A stretch of DNA of 61,655 nucleotides from an uncultured Methanosarcinales archaeon. GTDB taxonomy: Archaea; Nanobdellota; Nanobdellia; Woesearchaeales; CALCXY01. How positions within the stretch are numbered: position 1 is the first letter of the stretch; each line of letters starts with the position of its first letter. The position numbers and the translations under genes are program-made. The stretch is from contig CAYLOA010000005.1 in assembly GCA_964385185.1 (NCBI GenBank), forward strand, positions 1 through 61,655, in the 5' to 3' direction. Shown piece after piece: positions 36,720 to 46,966 of the stretch. The notes beneath the pieces were generated by a model that saw only the letters and a program-made list of their open reading frames with translations, searched no databases and had not been told where the DNA came from.

Positions 36720-37678
36720 TCATTCACCCATTGCTTCGCCGAATATAGAATGATAATTATTAATACATCTCTTTAAAACAGTCCAATAGCTTTCTTCAAC
36801 ATACTGATACCCCTCTCCTTCAAGATGGCTTTTAATAATAGGTTTAACCTCTTTGAGCATACTATTAGATAAGGAAGGAAACAAATGATGTTCTACATGT
36901 CCATCAACAAAACCAATCCCTCCTAAACTGCTCAAAAACCAATTTTTCTTCAAGTTTCTAGTAGTGGAACTTTGATGATCTAACCAGGAAGGTTGAGTTT
37001 TAGGATTATCCAATGCAATATGATTCAATACAGCTATCTGCATAAAAACAGGACTCCAGACAGAACGTACAACATATACCATGACAAAACTCCACCAAAC
37101 ACCCAGTATAGGATAAAACAAAGCCCATTGAGCCAAAATACCCAATCCAAGTAAACAACTATACAATATTGTCTCTCCAAAACTTTTCAAATATTTATAG
37201 CTATGATAAACAGACCAAAATACTCCAGTAAAAGGAATTAAAAAGAAATATACATACGGACCAACCCGAGGTAAATAAAAGATCTTAGGTTCTTTGCCAG
37301 GCATATTGGTATGTCGGTGATGAATTGTATTATGTCGATACAACCACCAAGAGCTACTCTGTCCCAACATCATATCACTTGTAAAATACAAAAGTAATCG
37401 ATTTACCCAATGTCTCTCGCTATATCCATTATGTCCACTCTGATGAACCCTGTTAAACACAGAGCATATAATCCATAAGACATAATTATCATCCCTATAA
37501 TTCTATACCCAACGCCTACTTGAACAAAGATGCCATATCCCAATAAAAATACCAAAAACCGTAAACCTGCAACACCCCAATCTACTCCGAATTTCTGCCA
37601 CCAACTTTTTGACTTTACCACACTATTTACTTTATCACATAGAGTACGAAAGCTTTCTTTGCTCAGTTGTGGTTCCAT
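36720..37678 (-). pseudogene. membrane fatty-acid desaturase, frameshifted
   Basis: Two ORFs join if one G is added at the GGG at 37448-37450, giving LTGVHQSGH; His boxes HQSGH, HNTIHH, HVEHH. Confidence 0.82.
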
Positions 37679-37758
37679 ACAAAATAACATACAAACAGCC
37701 TTTAAAAATATTGTTGCGAAGCACAATGTATATAAAGAATCGTCTCACCCTCAAATAC

Positions 37759-38301
37759 ATGGAATTTCAAGAAGAATACAAATTGAAAAAAGGTGATTCA
37801 GCAATTGATTTTAATCTTCCCGCAGTGGAAGGCGGTTCTAACACTTTGGCAGATTTCCCAGGAGAAGTCATTGTAGTGGTATTTATGTGTAATCACTGTC
37901 CATATGTAATCGCATATCTAGAAAGAATTAAAAATCTCCAAACAGAATTCGGTGGAAGACTAGATGTTATTGGTATTAACTCAAATGATGCAGAGAAATT
38001 TCCTCAAGATTCATTTGAAGCTATGGTAGCAATAAAGAAGGAAAAATTCATTAATTTTGCATATCTTCATGATGAATCTCAAGAAATTGCTAAAGCATAT
38101 GGTGCTGTAGTTACTCCCCATTTTCTAGTGTTCGACAATGACAGAAAACTACAATACCAAGGACGATTTGATGATCATATGGATGATGAAGAGAATGAAT
38201 CAGCCGATATCAAAGATGCAATTCGTTCAATCTTAGACGGACAAGAAGTAAAAGTACCTACAACTCCTGTGGAAGGATGTAGTGTTAAATGGAAAGAATG
38301 A
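37759..38301 (+). CDS. thioredoxin/AhpC-TSA redoxin family protein
   Basis: Start ATG 37759; FMCNHCPYV, INSND...DSFE.M, YLHDESQ..A..YGA..TP, YQGRFDD, GCSVKWK. Confidence 0.9.
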   Translation: MEFQEEYKLKKGDSAIDFNLPAVEGGSNTLADFPGEVIVVVFMCNHCPYVIAYLERIKNLQTEFGGRLDVIGINSNDAEKFPQDSFEAMVAIKKEKFINFAYLHDESQEIAKAYGAVVTPHFLVFDNDRKLQYQGRFDDHMDDEENESADIKDAIRSILDGQEVKVPTTPVEGCSVKWKE

Positions 38302-38858
38302 AAAAACGTCCTTTTTTATTAGGAATACTTATTTTACTAATAGCAACCATTCTCTTTACTCAATTATCAAACAGATCCTCCAATGAATTAGGAACATTAG
38401 GAGATGTCCATGAACATGCTGATTTTAAAGTTATTATCCTCGGAGAAGAGTTAGATTTTTCCAAAGATATCTATCAATCTACCGAAGATAATCTGCTTAA
38501 TAACTTTCTCCACGTCCATGATAATGACGGACAAGTAATTCATAAACACATATCAGGCATAACAATCTCAAAATTCTTCCAATCATTAGATATGGATTTT
38601 AACTCCACCTGTTTCAAAACAGAAACACAATCATATTGTACTGATAGTGAACATCAATTATTTTTTCTTGTAAATGGAAAAGACAATCCTGAATATGGTA
38701 ATTACATATTAAACGATTTAGATAAAATAGTGATTCAATATGGTACAGAAGGAAACCTCACAACAACAGACAGAGCTTGTATTTATTCAGAAACATGTCC
38801 AGAAAGAGGTTCACCCCCTGATGAAGTTACCTGTGGCTTAGGCGGTTGTACTGCTTAA
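38298..38858 (+). CDS. membrane-anchored His/Cys-rich conserved protein
   Basis: ATGA overlap with the upstream gene; TM anchor; HEHADF, LHVHD..G.VIHKH, C-terminal Cys cluster. Confidence 0.65.
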   Translation: MKKRPFLLGILILLIATILFTQLSNRSSNELGTLGDVHEHADFKVIILGEELDFSKDIYQSTEDNLLNNFLHVHDNDGQVIHKHISGITISKFFQSLDMDFNSTCFKTETQSYCTDSEHQLFFLVNGKDNPEYGNYILNDLDKIVIQYGTEGNLTTTDRACIYSETCPERGSPPDEVTCGLGGCTA

Positions 38859-39295
38859 TTGTACAATTTCTTATTATAAGCTACCTTATCACTAGTAGAA
38901 TCAGCTTTATTTGCAGCATATCCTGGCTGTTTATCAACATCCATATGTCCATCAGATTCTTCATTATACCCTTTAATTGTATATCCTGATTGCTGCGCAT
39001 CTTCTAACAATTGTGCAACAGGTTTTTTCCAACCACAGGTGCAACTAAAAGTTCCCTGAGGTTCAAACTTTTGTCCATACATAGGATCATTATGCTCATC
39101 ATGGACAATCTCCTTTTTAGGAATAACATCTGCAATACTTTCTTCTTTTACAAGTTCAATCTTAAAGGATTCATCTTTATGATCTTTTTCATGGACTTCT
39201 CTTGCAATCTTAAGAGCTTGCTCATAGAATTCTTTATTTACTTCCTCTTCTTGTTCTTCTTGTTGGCTAAAATCCATACTTAATCCTAGTTTCAA
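38855..39295 (-). CDS. hypothetical acidic protein
   Basis: 146-aa ORF containing FSCTCG; no family recognised. Confidence 0.55.
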   Translation of the reverse strand: MKLGLSMDFSQQEEQEEEVNKEFYEQALKIAREVHEKDHKDESFKIELVKEESIADVIPKKEIVHDEHNDPMYGQKFEPQGTFSCTCGWKKPVAQLLEDAQQSGYTIKGYNEESDGHMDVDKQPGYAANKADSTSDKVAYNKKLYN

Positions 39296-39359
39296 AACTA
39301 TATAAACATTACTTCCCGAGTAGCATAAAACTTAAAAACAATTCCTCCATCTTAATTTC

Positions 39360-40172
39360 ATGCACAAAATTACACTCCCTTCTGGCCATAAAATGCCAGT
39401 ATTAGGTTTAGGAACTTGGCAAGCCACAGGTGATGAAGCTAAACAAGCAGTTAAGCGAGCAATTGAATTAGGATATAGAGCAATAGACACCGCTTGGATC
39501 TATCAAAATCAAAAAGAAATTGGAGAAGCGTTGAAAGAAATCTCCATTCCAAGAGAAGAATTATTCATCACATCAAAATTGTGGAATGATATGCATACAT
39601 ACGATGATGTTATTGCAAGCTGTAAAGAGACTCTCCAACAACTTCAGCTAGAATATCTCGATTTGTTTCTTATCCATTGGCCCGTGCCATCTGTTCCTAT
39701 TGAAGAAACCATGAGAGCATTAAAAACGTTAGTAGATGAAGGTCTGGTTAAATCCGTAGGAGTTTCAAATTTTTCAATTAAAAACCTGAGAGACGCTTTA
39801 GCAGTTTCAGATGTTAAAATTTCCATGAATCAAGTGGAATTTCACCCAGGTTTGTACCAAAAAGATCTTTTAGAATTTTGCAATAAAAGTAATATTGCTG
39901 TAACGGGCTATTGTCCAATTGCTAAGGGGAAAAACTTTGATGATCCCTCATTAAAAAGTGTTGCAGAAAAGCACAATAAAACTCCTGCACAAGTATCATT
40001 AAGGTGGCTTATCCAACATGGAATTTTTGTTATTCCTAAATCAGTCTCTGAAGAACATTTGAAAGAGAATATGGAAACAGATTTTGAATTAGATGCAGAA
40101 GATATGGATAAAATTGACTCCATGCCAGCAATGGATAGGATATGTGATCCTCCTTTTGCCGAATGGGATTAA
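39360..40172 (+). CDS. aldo/keto reductase
   Basis: LGLGTW, DTAWIY, ITSKLW, DLFLIHWP, GVSNF, NQVEFHP, IPKS. Confidence 0.95.
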   Translation: MHKITLPSGHKMPVLGLGTWQATGDEAKQAVKRAIELGYRAIDTAWIYQNQKEIGEALKEISIPREELFITSKLWNDMHTYDDVIASCKETLQQLQLEYLDLFLIHWPVPSVPIEETMRALKTLVDEGLVKSVGVSNFSIKNLRDALAVSDVKISMNQVEFHPGLYQKDLLEFCNKSNIAVTGYCPIAKGKNFDDPSLKSVAEKHNKTPAQVSLRWLIQHGIFVIPKSVSEEHLKENMETDFELDAEDMDKIDSMPAMDRICDPPFAEWD

Positions 40173-40951
40173 GGTAAAGATACTATATTTTTCTCGACAA
40201 CAATCACTCCATCTCGTACCATACCTTTAATCACTCTTTCAGCTCGATCATCAACAATACTATCTCTTTTTAATGATTTCTCTTGTAAAAGCCGTTTAAC
40301 AATATCTCCCCTTAACTGTCGATCACTTCCTTCAAACTTTCCTTGTTTAGACAAAGATTCAATCCCTGTTTTTCGAGCAGTCTTGAATAAAGCACCATAA
40401 TCCATCAAAGCATTATACCAAATACAAGACTTTCCTTTAGGAACGACTTCAAGTGCTATTTTTTCTAACTCATCATTGGAAATGTCTTCATCTAATTTTA
40501 GTTCATGAATAAACACTCTACGAATATTAGTATCTACAACAGCAACTTCTTTATTATAGGCAAAGGCCATCACAGCACCTGCTGTATAGGGGCCAATACC
40601 TGGCAACGACAACAAAACATCTTTCTGCCGAGGCATTTCACCATTATTCTTCTCAACTAGAAACTGACATAATTTCCGTAACCGTAAAGCTCGATTGTTA
40701 TACCCTAATCCTGACCATAGCTCCAATAATCGATGTGTATCCGCTTTAGCCAAGCTTTTTACATCTGGCCATTCTTTTAACCACTGATTAAAGAAGGGAA
40801 TCACTCTATCAACTTGTGTCTGTTGTAACATCACTTCAGAAACCAATATCTTATACGGATCAGTCGTTTTTCTCCAAGGGAGGTCTCGCTTATTTTTTGA
40901 GTACCAAGTTAATACCTTATTTTGAAACGATTTCATACAATCCTTAAACAT
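40169..40951 (-). CDS. mutY: A/G-specific adenine glycosylase (MutY-like HhH-GPD), lacking Fe-S cysteines
   Basis: RDLPWR, LVSEVMLQQTQV, W.GLGY..RA, LPGIGPYTAGA, VDTNIRRV, ALMDYGA. Confidence 0.85.
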   Translation of the reverse strand: MFKDCMKSFQNKVLTWYSKNKRDLPWRKTTDPYKILVSEVMLQQTQVDRVIPFFNQWLKEWPDVKSLAKADTHRLLELWSGLGYNNRALRLRKLCQFLVEKNNGEMPRQKDVLLSLPGIGPYTAGAVMAFAYNKEVAVVDTNIRRVFIHELKLDEDISNDELEKIALEVVPKGKSCIWYNALMDYGALFKTARKTGIESLSKQGKFEGSDRQLRGDIVKRLLQEKSLKRDSIVDDRAERVIKGMVRDGVIVVEKNIVSLP

Positions 40952-41023
40952 TCATCACTTTTATACCTTTTTATCGTTTCTACAACCATAATGCTTATAA
41001 TAGAATTAACCAATCTTACCTAA

Positions 41024-41404
41024 ATGCAAGAATTGTTAGGTAAAGTAACTAAAGGCTTAGAAAAATCAAAGTTTTTCATGACCTTGGAAGGATATCAAAA
41101 GCAACTTCAAGAACATCTTGGAAATACACCCTTTCCCGGCACCTTAAATCTCACGGTAGACGTAGACCAAAGAGATGCATTTCTAAATGAGTTAGAACCC
41201 ATCACTATTCCAGGATTTTGGGCAGAGGGTAAGCAATACAACAAAGTCACCTGCTATAGAGCTACCATTAAAAATATTCCCTGCTTAATAACCATCCCAA
41301 AACAAACATCACATGGCCCCGAAGTAGTTGAGATTATATCAGAATTCAACCTTAGAGAAAAATTAGGTCTCAACGATTATGACGAAGTAGCTATACAACC
41401 ATAA
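41024..41404 (+). CDS. ribK: CTP-dependent riboflavin kinase (archaeal, DUF120)
   Basis: G.V..GL....FF....Y..Q....LG..PFPGTLNL, H..EVVEIIS...LR..L.L. Confidence 0.85.
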   Translation: MQELLGKVTKGLEKSKFFMTLEGYQKQLQEHLGNTPFPGTLNLTVDVDQRDAFLNELEPITIPGFWAEGKQYNKVTCYRATIKNIPCLITIPKQTSHGPEVVEIISEFNLREKLGLNDYDEVAIQP

Positions 41405-41436
41405 CACTTAAAAACAGATTCAATATCTTAATTAAA

Positions 41437-41694
41437 ATGGCAAAATTAACTATGATTGACGGTGAATCCAGAGAGGTTCAAGACGGTGAGAAAGTACATC
41501 AACCTGCTGAAGAGCTCGGTGTTCAGTTTGGCTGCGAAGATGGTGTGTGTGGAACATGCATTGTTGAAGTAGAAGAAGGCGCTGAAAACTTTGAACCGTT
41601 AACTGACAAAGAAAAAGAAATGGGTCTAGAACCTGCTCAAAGACTGTGCTGTCAAGCTAAGATTAAATCTGGCGAAGTTAAGTTTAGATATTAA
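41437..41694 (+). CDS. 2Fe-2S ferredoxin
   Basis: CEDGVCGTC plus RLCCQ. Confidence 0.9.
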   Translation: MAKLTMIDGESREVQDGEKVHQPAEELGVQFGCEDGVCGTCIVEVEEGAENFEPLTDKEKEMGLEPAQRLCCQAKIKSGEVKFRY

Positions 41695-42404
41695 GAATAC
41701 TCAATATCTTCTTCATCTACCCTTCTAACGGGTTTTTCATTCTCTTTTTCCTCAACAGCTTGAGCAACTAATCCAGGAGTTCTTGCAATAATAAAAACAC
41801 CTCTTCCCGCTTCAGCAGAAAAACCCATCTCAAGAAGTACTGCTGCCATAAAACCATCAACATTCAAACAAATTTTCTTCCCTTTTTTCTCCTCAAGTGC
41901 TTTTTCAATCGCAAAAGCTTCATCAATAAACATACTATCAAACTTTTCCTCTTCACAGATTGCAGATAATTGTTTTACTCTTGGATCTTCATCTTTGTAG
42001 ACTTTATGACCAAATCCATAAATAACTTCTTTATCTTTAACAGCTTTCTCAACAAATGATTCAGCATCATCAACAGTAGCTAACTGATCCATCGCTTTTT
42101 CAATAGCTCCTCCATGTTGATCGCCTAATGCTAATATTCCAGCACCAACCGCAGTATTGAGACTATTTCCTGTTGACATAACAAATCGTGAAGTCAAGCT
42201 GCTAGAAGTTCCCATACCATGGTCTATACTTATAGTCAACATAGCTTCAAAGATTCTACTCTCTTTTTTTGAAGGTTTCTTTCCTCGTAAAATCAAATAG
42301 ACAGAATCTGAAAAACTTCCTGCTTTCACTAAATCGGACAACTTCTGCCCTCTAATAATATGATCTTTCTTTGTCATCTTTGATATGCTAGTTTTGTATT
42401 CCAT
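41691..42404 (-). CDS. ccl: citryl-CoA lyase
   Basis: Citrate-synthase-like IDHG, HGGAIE, GFGHKVY, NVDG, RTPGL. Confidence 0.88.
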   Translation of the reverse strand: MEYKTSISKMTKKDHIIRGQKLSDLVKAGSFSDSVYLILRGKKPSKKESRIFEAMLTISIDHGMGTSSSLTSRFVMSTGNSLNTAVGAGILALGDQHGGAIEKAMDQLATVDDAESFVEKAVKDKEVIYGFGHKVYKDEDPRVKQLSAICEEEKFDSMFIDEAFAIEKALEEKKGKKICLNVDGFMAAVLLEMGFSAEAGRGVFIIARTPGLVAQAVEEKENEKPVRRVDEEDIEYS

Positions 42405-42413
42405 GTGTATCCC

Positions 42414-43292
42414 TCAAATCAATTTTTTTACCAAGTTAGGTATTTCATCGTGATAATGAGCAATTAGTGCTCCTGATTCTTTTAAAACTTTCTTCTTTTC
42501 AGCTGCACTACCAGAACCTTTCTCCAGTATTGCTCCTGCATGTCCCATAGCTACTTCCCTGCCCACCTTTTCTGCAAACTGACCTGAGATAAAGGCAACA
42601 ACAGGTTTAGTAACCTTTCCAGCTTTAATCATCTTAGCAACTTCCTCTTCATACCGTCCACCAATCTCACCATACATAACAATAACTTTAGTATCTTTAT
42701 CTTTCTCTAATACTTCAAACATATCTGTGAAGCTAGTGCCTAATATTTGGTCTCCACCAATACCTACACAGATGCTTTGTCCTATTTTGTTCTGTGATAG
42801 TAATAGAGCAGTTTCTCCACACATACCGCCAGATTTAGAGACAATCGCAACATTTCCTTTTGTATACATTCTTTCTTCAGAACCAATACTTCCGAGTTTC
42901 ATCTCACCCACTTTAATAATTCCCACAGAAGCAGGACCTAATAACGTTACACCTTTCTCCCGAGCATCTTCAACTAACTTAGCAGAATCCTGAACAGGGA
43001 CATTCTCTGATATAATCACAATGAGTTTAATTCCTGCATCTAACGCTTCTTTTGCTGCAGCATACAAAAATAAGGGAGGAACAAAACAAACAGTAGCTTC
43101 AATCTTATTATCAAATTCAACAGCTTCTTTTACCGTATTAAAGACAGGTTTTCCTTCTACTTCTTGCCCACCTTTTCCAGGAGTAACTCCACAGGTAATC
43201 TGAGTACCATAGTCAAGCATCTCTTTAGTAGCTCTACTTCCTTCTTTGCCAGTAATACCTTGCACCATCACGTGCATATCTTTAGTAATCAT
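42414..43292 (-). CDS. CoA-binding alpha subunit (SucD-like) of citryl-CoA synthetase/ATP-citrate lyase
   Basis: VQGITG, GVTPGKGG, SKSGG, GIGGD, GEIGG, phospho-His MGHAGA. Confidence 0.88.
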   Translation of the reverse strand: MITKDMHVMVQGITGKEGSRATKEMLDYGTQITCGVTPGKGGQEVEGKPVFNTVKEAVEFDNKIEATVCFVPPLFLYAAAKEALDAGIKLIVIISENVPVQDSAKLVEDAREKGVTLLGPASVGIIKVGEMKLGSIGSEERMYTKGNVAIVSKSGGMCGETALLLSQNKIGQSICVGIGGDQILGTSFTDMFEVLEKDKDTKVIVMYGEIGGRYEEEVAKMIKAGKVTKPVVAFISGQFAEKVGREVAMGHAGAILEKGSGSAAEKKKVLKESGALIAHYHDEIPNLVKKLI

Positions 43293-44437
43293 GATTTCAC
43301 CTTCTTTACAATATCTTTAACTGCAACAGTCATAGGAGTTTCCTCTCCATAAAAGGTAATGTCAAATCCATTCTTGGAAGCAAATTCTTCCACCATCTTT
43401 TTAGCTTCATCATCTCGAGGACCTGCTCGTCTAATAACAATAGGATAATCAATTTTAGGTTTTACTTTCAACAATCCATCACAAAATCCTGATAAAGTTT
43501 CAAAGATATCAGTAAAGTTTGCTGTTCCACCAACAACTAAACATCCCTTTAATCCTTTTTTAGATAATGTCAACTGAGTTAATTTCTCCACTTTCTCTCT
43601 TGGAGGATTTCCAGAATATTCTGTATAATTAGCAGCTTTTCCCCCAGCTTCATCTAAAGCATCCATACAAGTAAGACTAGCCCCTCCACCAGAAGCAAGA
43701 ACGGCAATATCTCCATCGAACTCTACAAAAGTTTTACCAGAAACTCCTCGATGATCATCTTCATCAATTTTTCGAGCATCTAATTCCATTTTGGATAAAA
43801 AAGTAGGATCGTCTGCTTCTGTATATTCTTTAAACTTCTCAACACGTTTTACAGCAGAGTCATCGATTGTAATTTTGCAATCTCCTGCAATATATCCCTC
43901 TGAAGTTTTAAACAAAGGATTAATCTCTAATATTCGGCACTCATATGTTCTAAAACATTCAACAGCCTGTAAACAAACAGTAGCAAAGGCATCATCCAAG
44001 CCAACTTTGGAAGCAAACGCTTTAGCATCATCTTCACTTAAACCATTCAAAGCAGAAAAAGACAAAGTCTCAGCTTCTCCCGCTTCTTCAACATCTACCC
44101 CACCTGTTTTTAAAAAAGCCAAAACAGGACCACGAGTTACACTGTCATACACAATAGAAAGATACAATTCTTCTCCAGATAGTGTATCTTCGATTAACAC
44201 TTCAGTAATAGGCATTTTATTGTATTTTTGATCCAATATAACCATGATTGCTTGCTTTGCAGAATCAATAGATTCGGTCATGGTAATCAAACCAGCCTTA
44301 CCCCGCTTTCCACCAACAACTTGTGCCTTAACGACACCAAATCTATTTACATGGGCATTGGTAAAAACTTCTCCTTGAGGGATAGCTATCCCTACCGATT
44401 GCAACAATTCTTTACCCTTATATTCCTTTAATTTCAT
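43289..44437 (-). CDS. ATP-grasp beta subunit of citryl-CoA synthetase/ATP-citrate lyase
   Basis: EYKGK, VKAQV..GKRGKAG, EINP; citrate-binding-type ASGGGAS, NYTEYSGNP, GGTANFT, IRRAGP. Confidence 0.85.
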   Translation of the reverse strand: MKLKEYKGKELLQSVGIAIPQGEVFTNAHVNRFGVVKAQVVGGKRGKAGLITMTESIDSAKQAIMVILDQKYNKMPITEVLIEDTLSGEELYLSIVYDSVTRGPVLAFLKTGGVDVEEAGEAETLSFSALNGLSEDDAKAFASKVGLDDAFATVCLQAVECFRTYECRILEINPLFKTSEGYIAGDCKITIDDSAVKRVEKFKEYTEADDPTFLSKMELDARKIDEDDHRGVSGKTFVEFDGDIAVLASGGGASLTCMDALDEAGGKAANYTEYSGNPPREKVEKLTQLTLSKKGLKGCLVVGGTANFTDIFETLSGFCDGLLKVKPKIDYPIVIRRAGPRDDEAKKMVEEFASKNGFDITFYGEETPMTVAVKDIVKKVKS

Positions 44438-44545
44438 TGAAATAAGTACTCCAAATGGCTATTTAAGGGTTATGCATCCTTTTTCACATCAAATACACAT
44501 TCAAGAGTCGAAATTTATATAAAGTGGCTCCTGCTTCTACAACAC

Positions 44546-45238
44546 ATGCCAATCGCAACACATACCTGTAAAGTTATCAAAAATGATAAGATTTCAGAAG
44601 ATTGTTACCATCTAGAATTAACCAGACCAAAAGAATTACAATTCAAAGCAGGACAATATTACAGTATAGCAGTATTTAATCAAGAAAAAAAGAAATGGAC
44701 TCCGTATTCTATTTTATCACATCCAGACCAATTCGAAGACTTAGCAATTTGTTACAAACTTATTCCAGAAGGACATTCAACACCTATTCTCATCCAAGCA
44801 AAGCCAGGAGATTCTTTCGATCTTAAAGGTCCTCTAGGAACTTTCATATTCAAAGAAGATTCTCCACATAAAACACATTGGTTTATCGGAACAGGAACAG
44901 GAGTTGCTCCTTTGTACAGTATGATCAAACAGTACAAGGACAAATTGAATGACCATTCCTTCAGACTCTTTTTTGGATCAAGAAATGTTTCCAACTTAGT
45001 CTATCATGAAGAATTTGTAGAGTGGGAAAAATCCAATGATAATGTTACTTATACTCCTACTTGTACAAGAGAAGATTGGGAAGGTTGTCAAGGAAGAGTC
45101 CAAGAACACTTTGGAGACGACTTAAAGAATAAGGATTTCTACATCTGTGGATTAAAGGATATGGTGTTAGACACCGTGAAATACTTAGAAGAACAGGGTG
45201 TTGCAAAAGAAGATATTCACTTTGAAAGATATACCTAA
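44546..45238 (+). CDS. FAD/NAD(P)-binding oxidoreductase (ferredoxin reductase-like)
   Basis: FKAGQY, TPYSI, GPLGTF, GTGTGVAP, FGSR, YICG, FERY. Confidence 0.9.
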   Translation: MPIATHTCKVIKNDKISEDCYHLELTRPKELQFKAGQYYSIAVFNQEKKKWTPYSILSHPDQFEDLAICYKLIPEGHSTPILIQAKPGDSFDLKGPLGTFIFKEDSPHKTHWFIGTGTGVAPLYSMIKQYKDKLNDHSFRLFFGSRNVSNLVYHEEFVEWEKSNDNVTYTPTCTREDWEGCQGRVQEHFGDDLKNKDFYICGLKDMVLDTVKYLEEQGVAKEDIHFERYT

Positions 45239-45279
45239 AACATAACATTTATAAATAAGTCCGACTTAGTTCAACTAAG

Positions 45280-45522
45280 ATGGTAAACGCACTGGTAACA
45301 TTGGATGAAAACACGAACAGAGTTCTCAATGTGGTTAAAGCCACCCATGATCTTAAGGATAAAGGGGAAGCTATCCAGTTTGTAGTAAAAAAGTTTGCAG
45401 AGCAAGAGGATGAACCAGAGTTAAGACCTGAATTTATAGAGAAAATGAAGAAGATTGAAAAGGAAAAGAGTATCAAGGTAGGCACATTAGAAAATTTCAG
45501 AAAAAGGTATGGAATGAAGTAG
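45280..45522 (+). CDS. antitoxin, DUF2683-like
   Basis: MVNALVTLDENTNRVLNVVKA...EPELRPEF; paralog of 3092-3319. Confidence 0.75.
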   Translation: MVNALVTLDENTNRVLNVVKATHDLKDKGEAIQFVVKKFAEQEDEPELRPEFIEKMKKIEKEKSIKVGTLENFRKRYGMK

Positions 45523-45523
45523 T

Positions 45524-45787
45524 ATGTATTCTTTTGATATTAAGGAGCAGTTAGACAAGAAATTTCAAAAGCTCAGCAAGAAAAATCCTACTCAACTCAA
45601 AATAATCCACAACAAGATTCAAGAAGTCATACAAAATCCTCAGCATTTTAAAAATTTAAGAAAACCATTCCAGCGATACAAGAGAGTCCACATCGATAAA
45701 AGCTTTGTACTCATATTTTCTGTGGATGAAGAGAACAAAAAGGTGATATTTGAAGAATTTGATCATCATGATAGAATCTATCAATAG
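45524..45787 (+). CDS. type II toxin, RelE/ParE superfamily
   Basis: NPQHFKNL, KRVHIDKSFVLIF, EFDHHDRIY; paralog of 2828-3091. Confidence 0.8.
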   Translation: MYSFDIKEQLDKKFQKLSKKNPTQLKIIHNKIQEVIQNPQHFKNLRKPFQRYKRVHIDKSFVLIFSVDEENKKVIFEEFDHHDRIYQ

Positions 45788-45829
45788 AAAACCAAACCCC
45801 TTAAATACCTCTTCTGAAATACACATTCT

Positions 45830-46966
45830 ATGATAATCGTTCATTATGGAGAACTTGCCCTAAAGGGAAAAAACAGATCTCAATTTGAGAAACTCCTAAG
45901 GAAAAATATTGAAGCTAAAATCCCCGATGCCAAAACTAAGATGGATATGGGACATATTAATGTAGAGACTACTATCTCAAACAAAAAAGCTATTGAAATT
46001 CTCACAAAAATTCCAGGAATTGAATACTTCTCATTTGCGGAACAAGCAGAATTATCCATTGAATCCATTAACAAAGTAGGATTAAAAGTGGCAAAAGCTT
46101 TTCAAAAGAATAACGATGTGAAGACCTTTAAGATAACAACTAAAAGAAGATACAAAGATACAGAATTAGACACACCCACTATAAACAATAAAGTAGGATT
46201 CCATATTGGCGATAAACTAAACGTTCCTGCACGAATGAAAGATCCAGATCTCGATCTTAAAGTAGAGATTGTAAAAGACGCTGCATACATTTCAACTGAA
46301 GATATTCGTGGAGTGGGAGGATTTCCAGTCAATCCAGAACAAAAGATTGTTGCCCTATTATCAGGAGGATTTGACAGCCCCGTAGCAGCATATCAATTAA
46401 TCAGAAGAGGCTGTGAAGTGATCTTAGTCCATTTTCAAAATAAAAACACATTAACTAAAGCGGTCCAAGATAAAGTTGAGAAATTAGCTAAGCAACTTTC
46501 TAAATTTCAAACTAAAACAACTCTCTACATTGTTCATTTTGAAGATATCCAGAAAGACATTATTAAAGATGTGAAAGCAGACTACAGAATGTTAATCTAT
46601 CGAGGTGTCATGCTGAGAATCGCAGAAGGGATAGCTCAAAAACACAAAGCTCGATTCTTAATTACTGGAGATGCATTATCTCAAGTAGCTTCTCAAACCA
46701 TTAACAACCTAGAAGCAGTCTACCCATCGGTAGATATGAGAATATTTACCCCTTTAATTGGATTTGATAAAAACGATATTTTGAAAATTGCCAAAAAGAT
46801 TGGCACTTATGAAATCTCAAACTTACCCTATGGTGACTGTTGTTCATATTTCGTTCCTGAACATCCTAAACTAAAAGCAAGAAAAGAAGAAGTACAACAC
46901 ATCTTAGACAAAGTTAAAGTTGACGTTGTTAAAGAAATCAAAGAATCTGATGTACAAATCTATTAA
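45830..46966 (+). CDS. thiI: tRNA 4-thiouridine synthase ThiI
   Basis: [17 protein letters not shown] domain, PP-loop [22 protein letters not shown]. Confidence 0.93.
   Translation: MIIVHYGELALKGKNRSQFEKLLRKNIEAKIPDAKTKMDMGHINVETTISNKKAIEILTKIPGIEYFSFAEQAELSIESINKVGLKVAKAFQKNNDVKTFKITTKRRYKDTELDTPTINNKVGFHIGDKLNVPARMKDPDLDLKVEIVKDAAYISTEDIRGVGGFPVNPEQKIVALLSGGFDSPVAAYQLIRRGCEVILVHFQNKNTLTKAVQDKVEKLAKQLSKFQTKTTLYIVHFEDIQKDIIKDVKADYRMLIYRGVMLRIAEGIAQKHKARFLITGDALSQVASQTINNLEAVYPSVDMRIFTPLIGFDKNDILKIAKKIGTYEISNLPYGDCCSYFVPEHPKLKARKEEVQHILDKVKVDVVKEIKESDVQIY

Noticed and set aside
40169-40951. MutY-like glycosylase without Fe-S cysteines
   Set aside because: Cluster-less MutY variants are already known; not treated as novel.
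41024-41404. RibK lacking an N-terminal HTH, possibly truncated
   Set aside because: Stand-alone archaeal RibK is a normal architecture, and the start context is fine.
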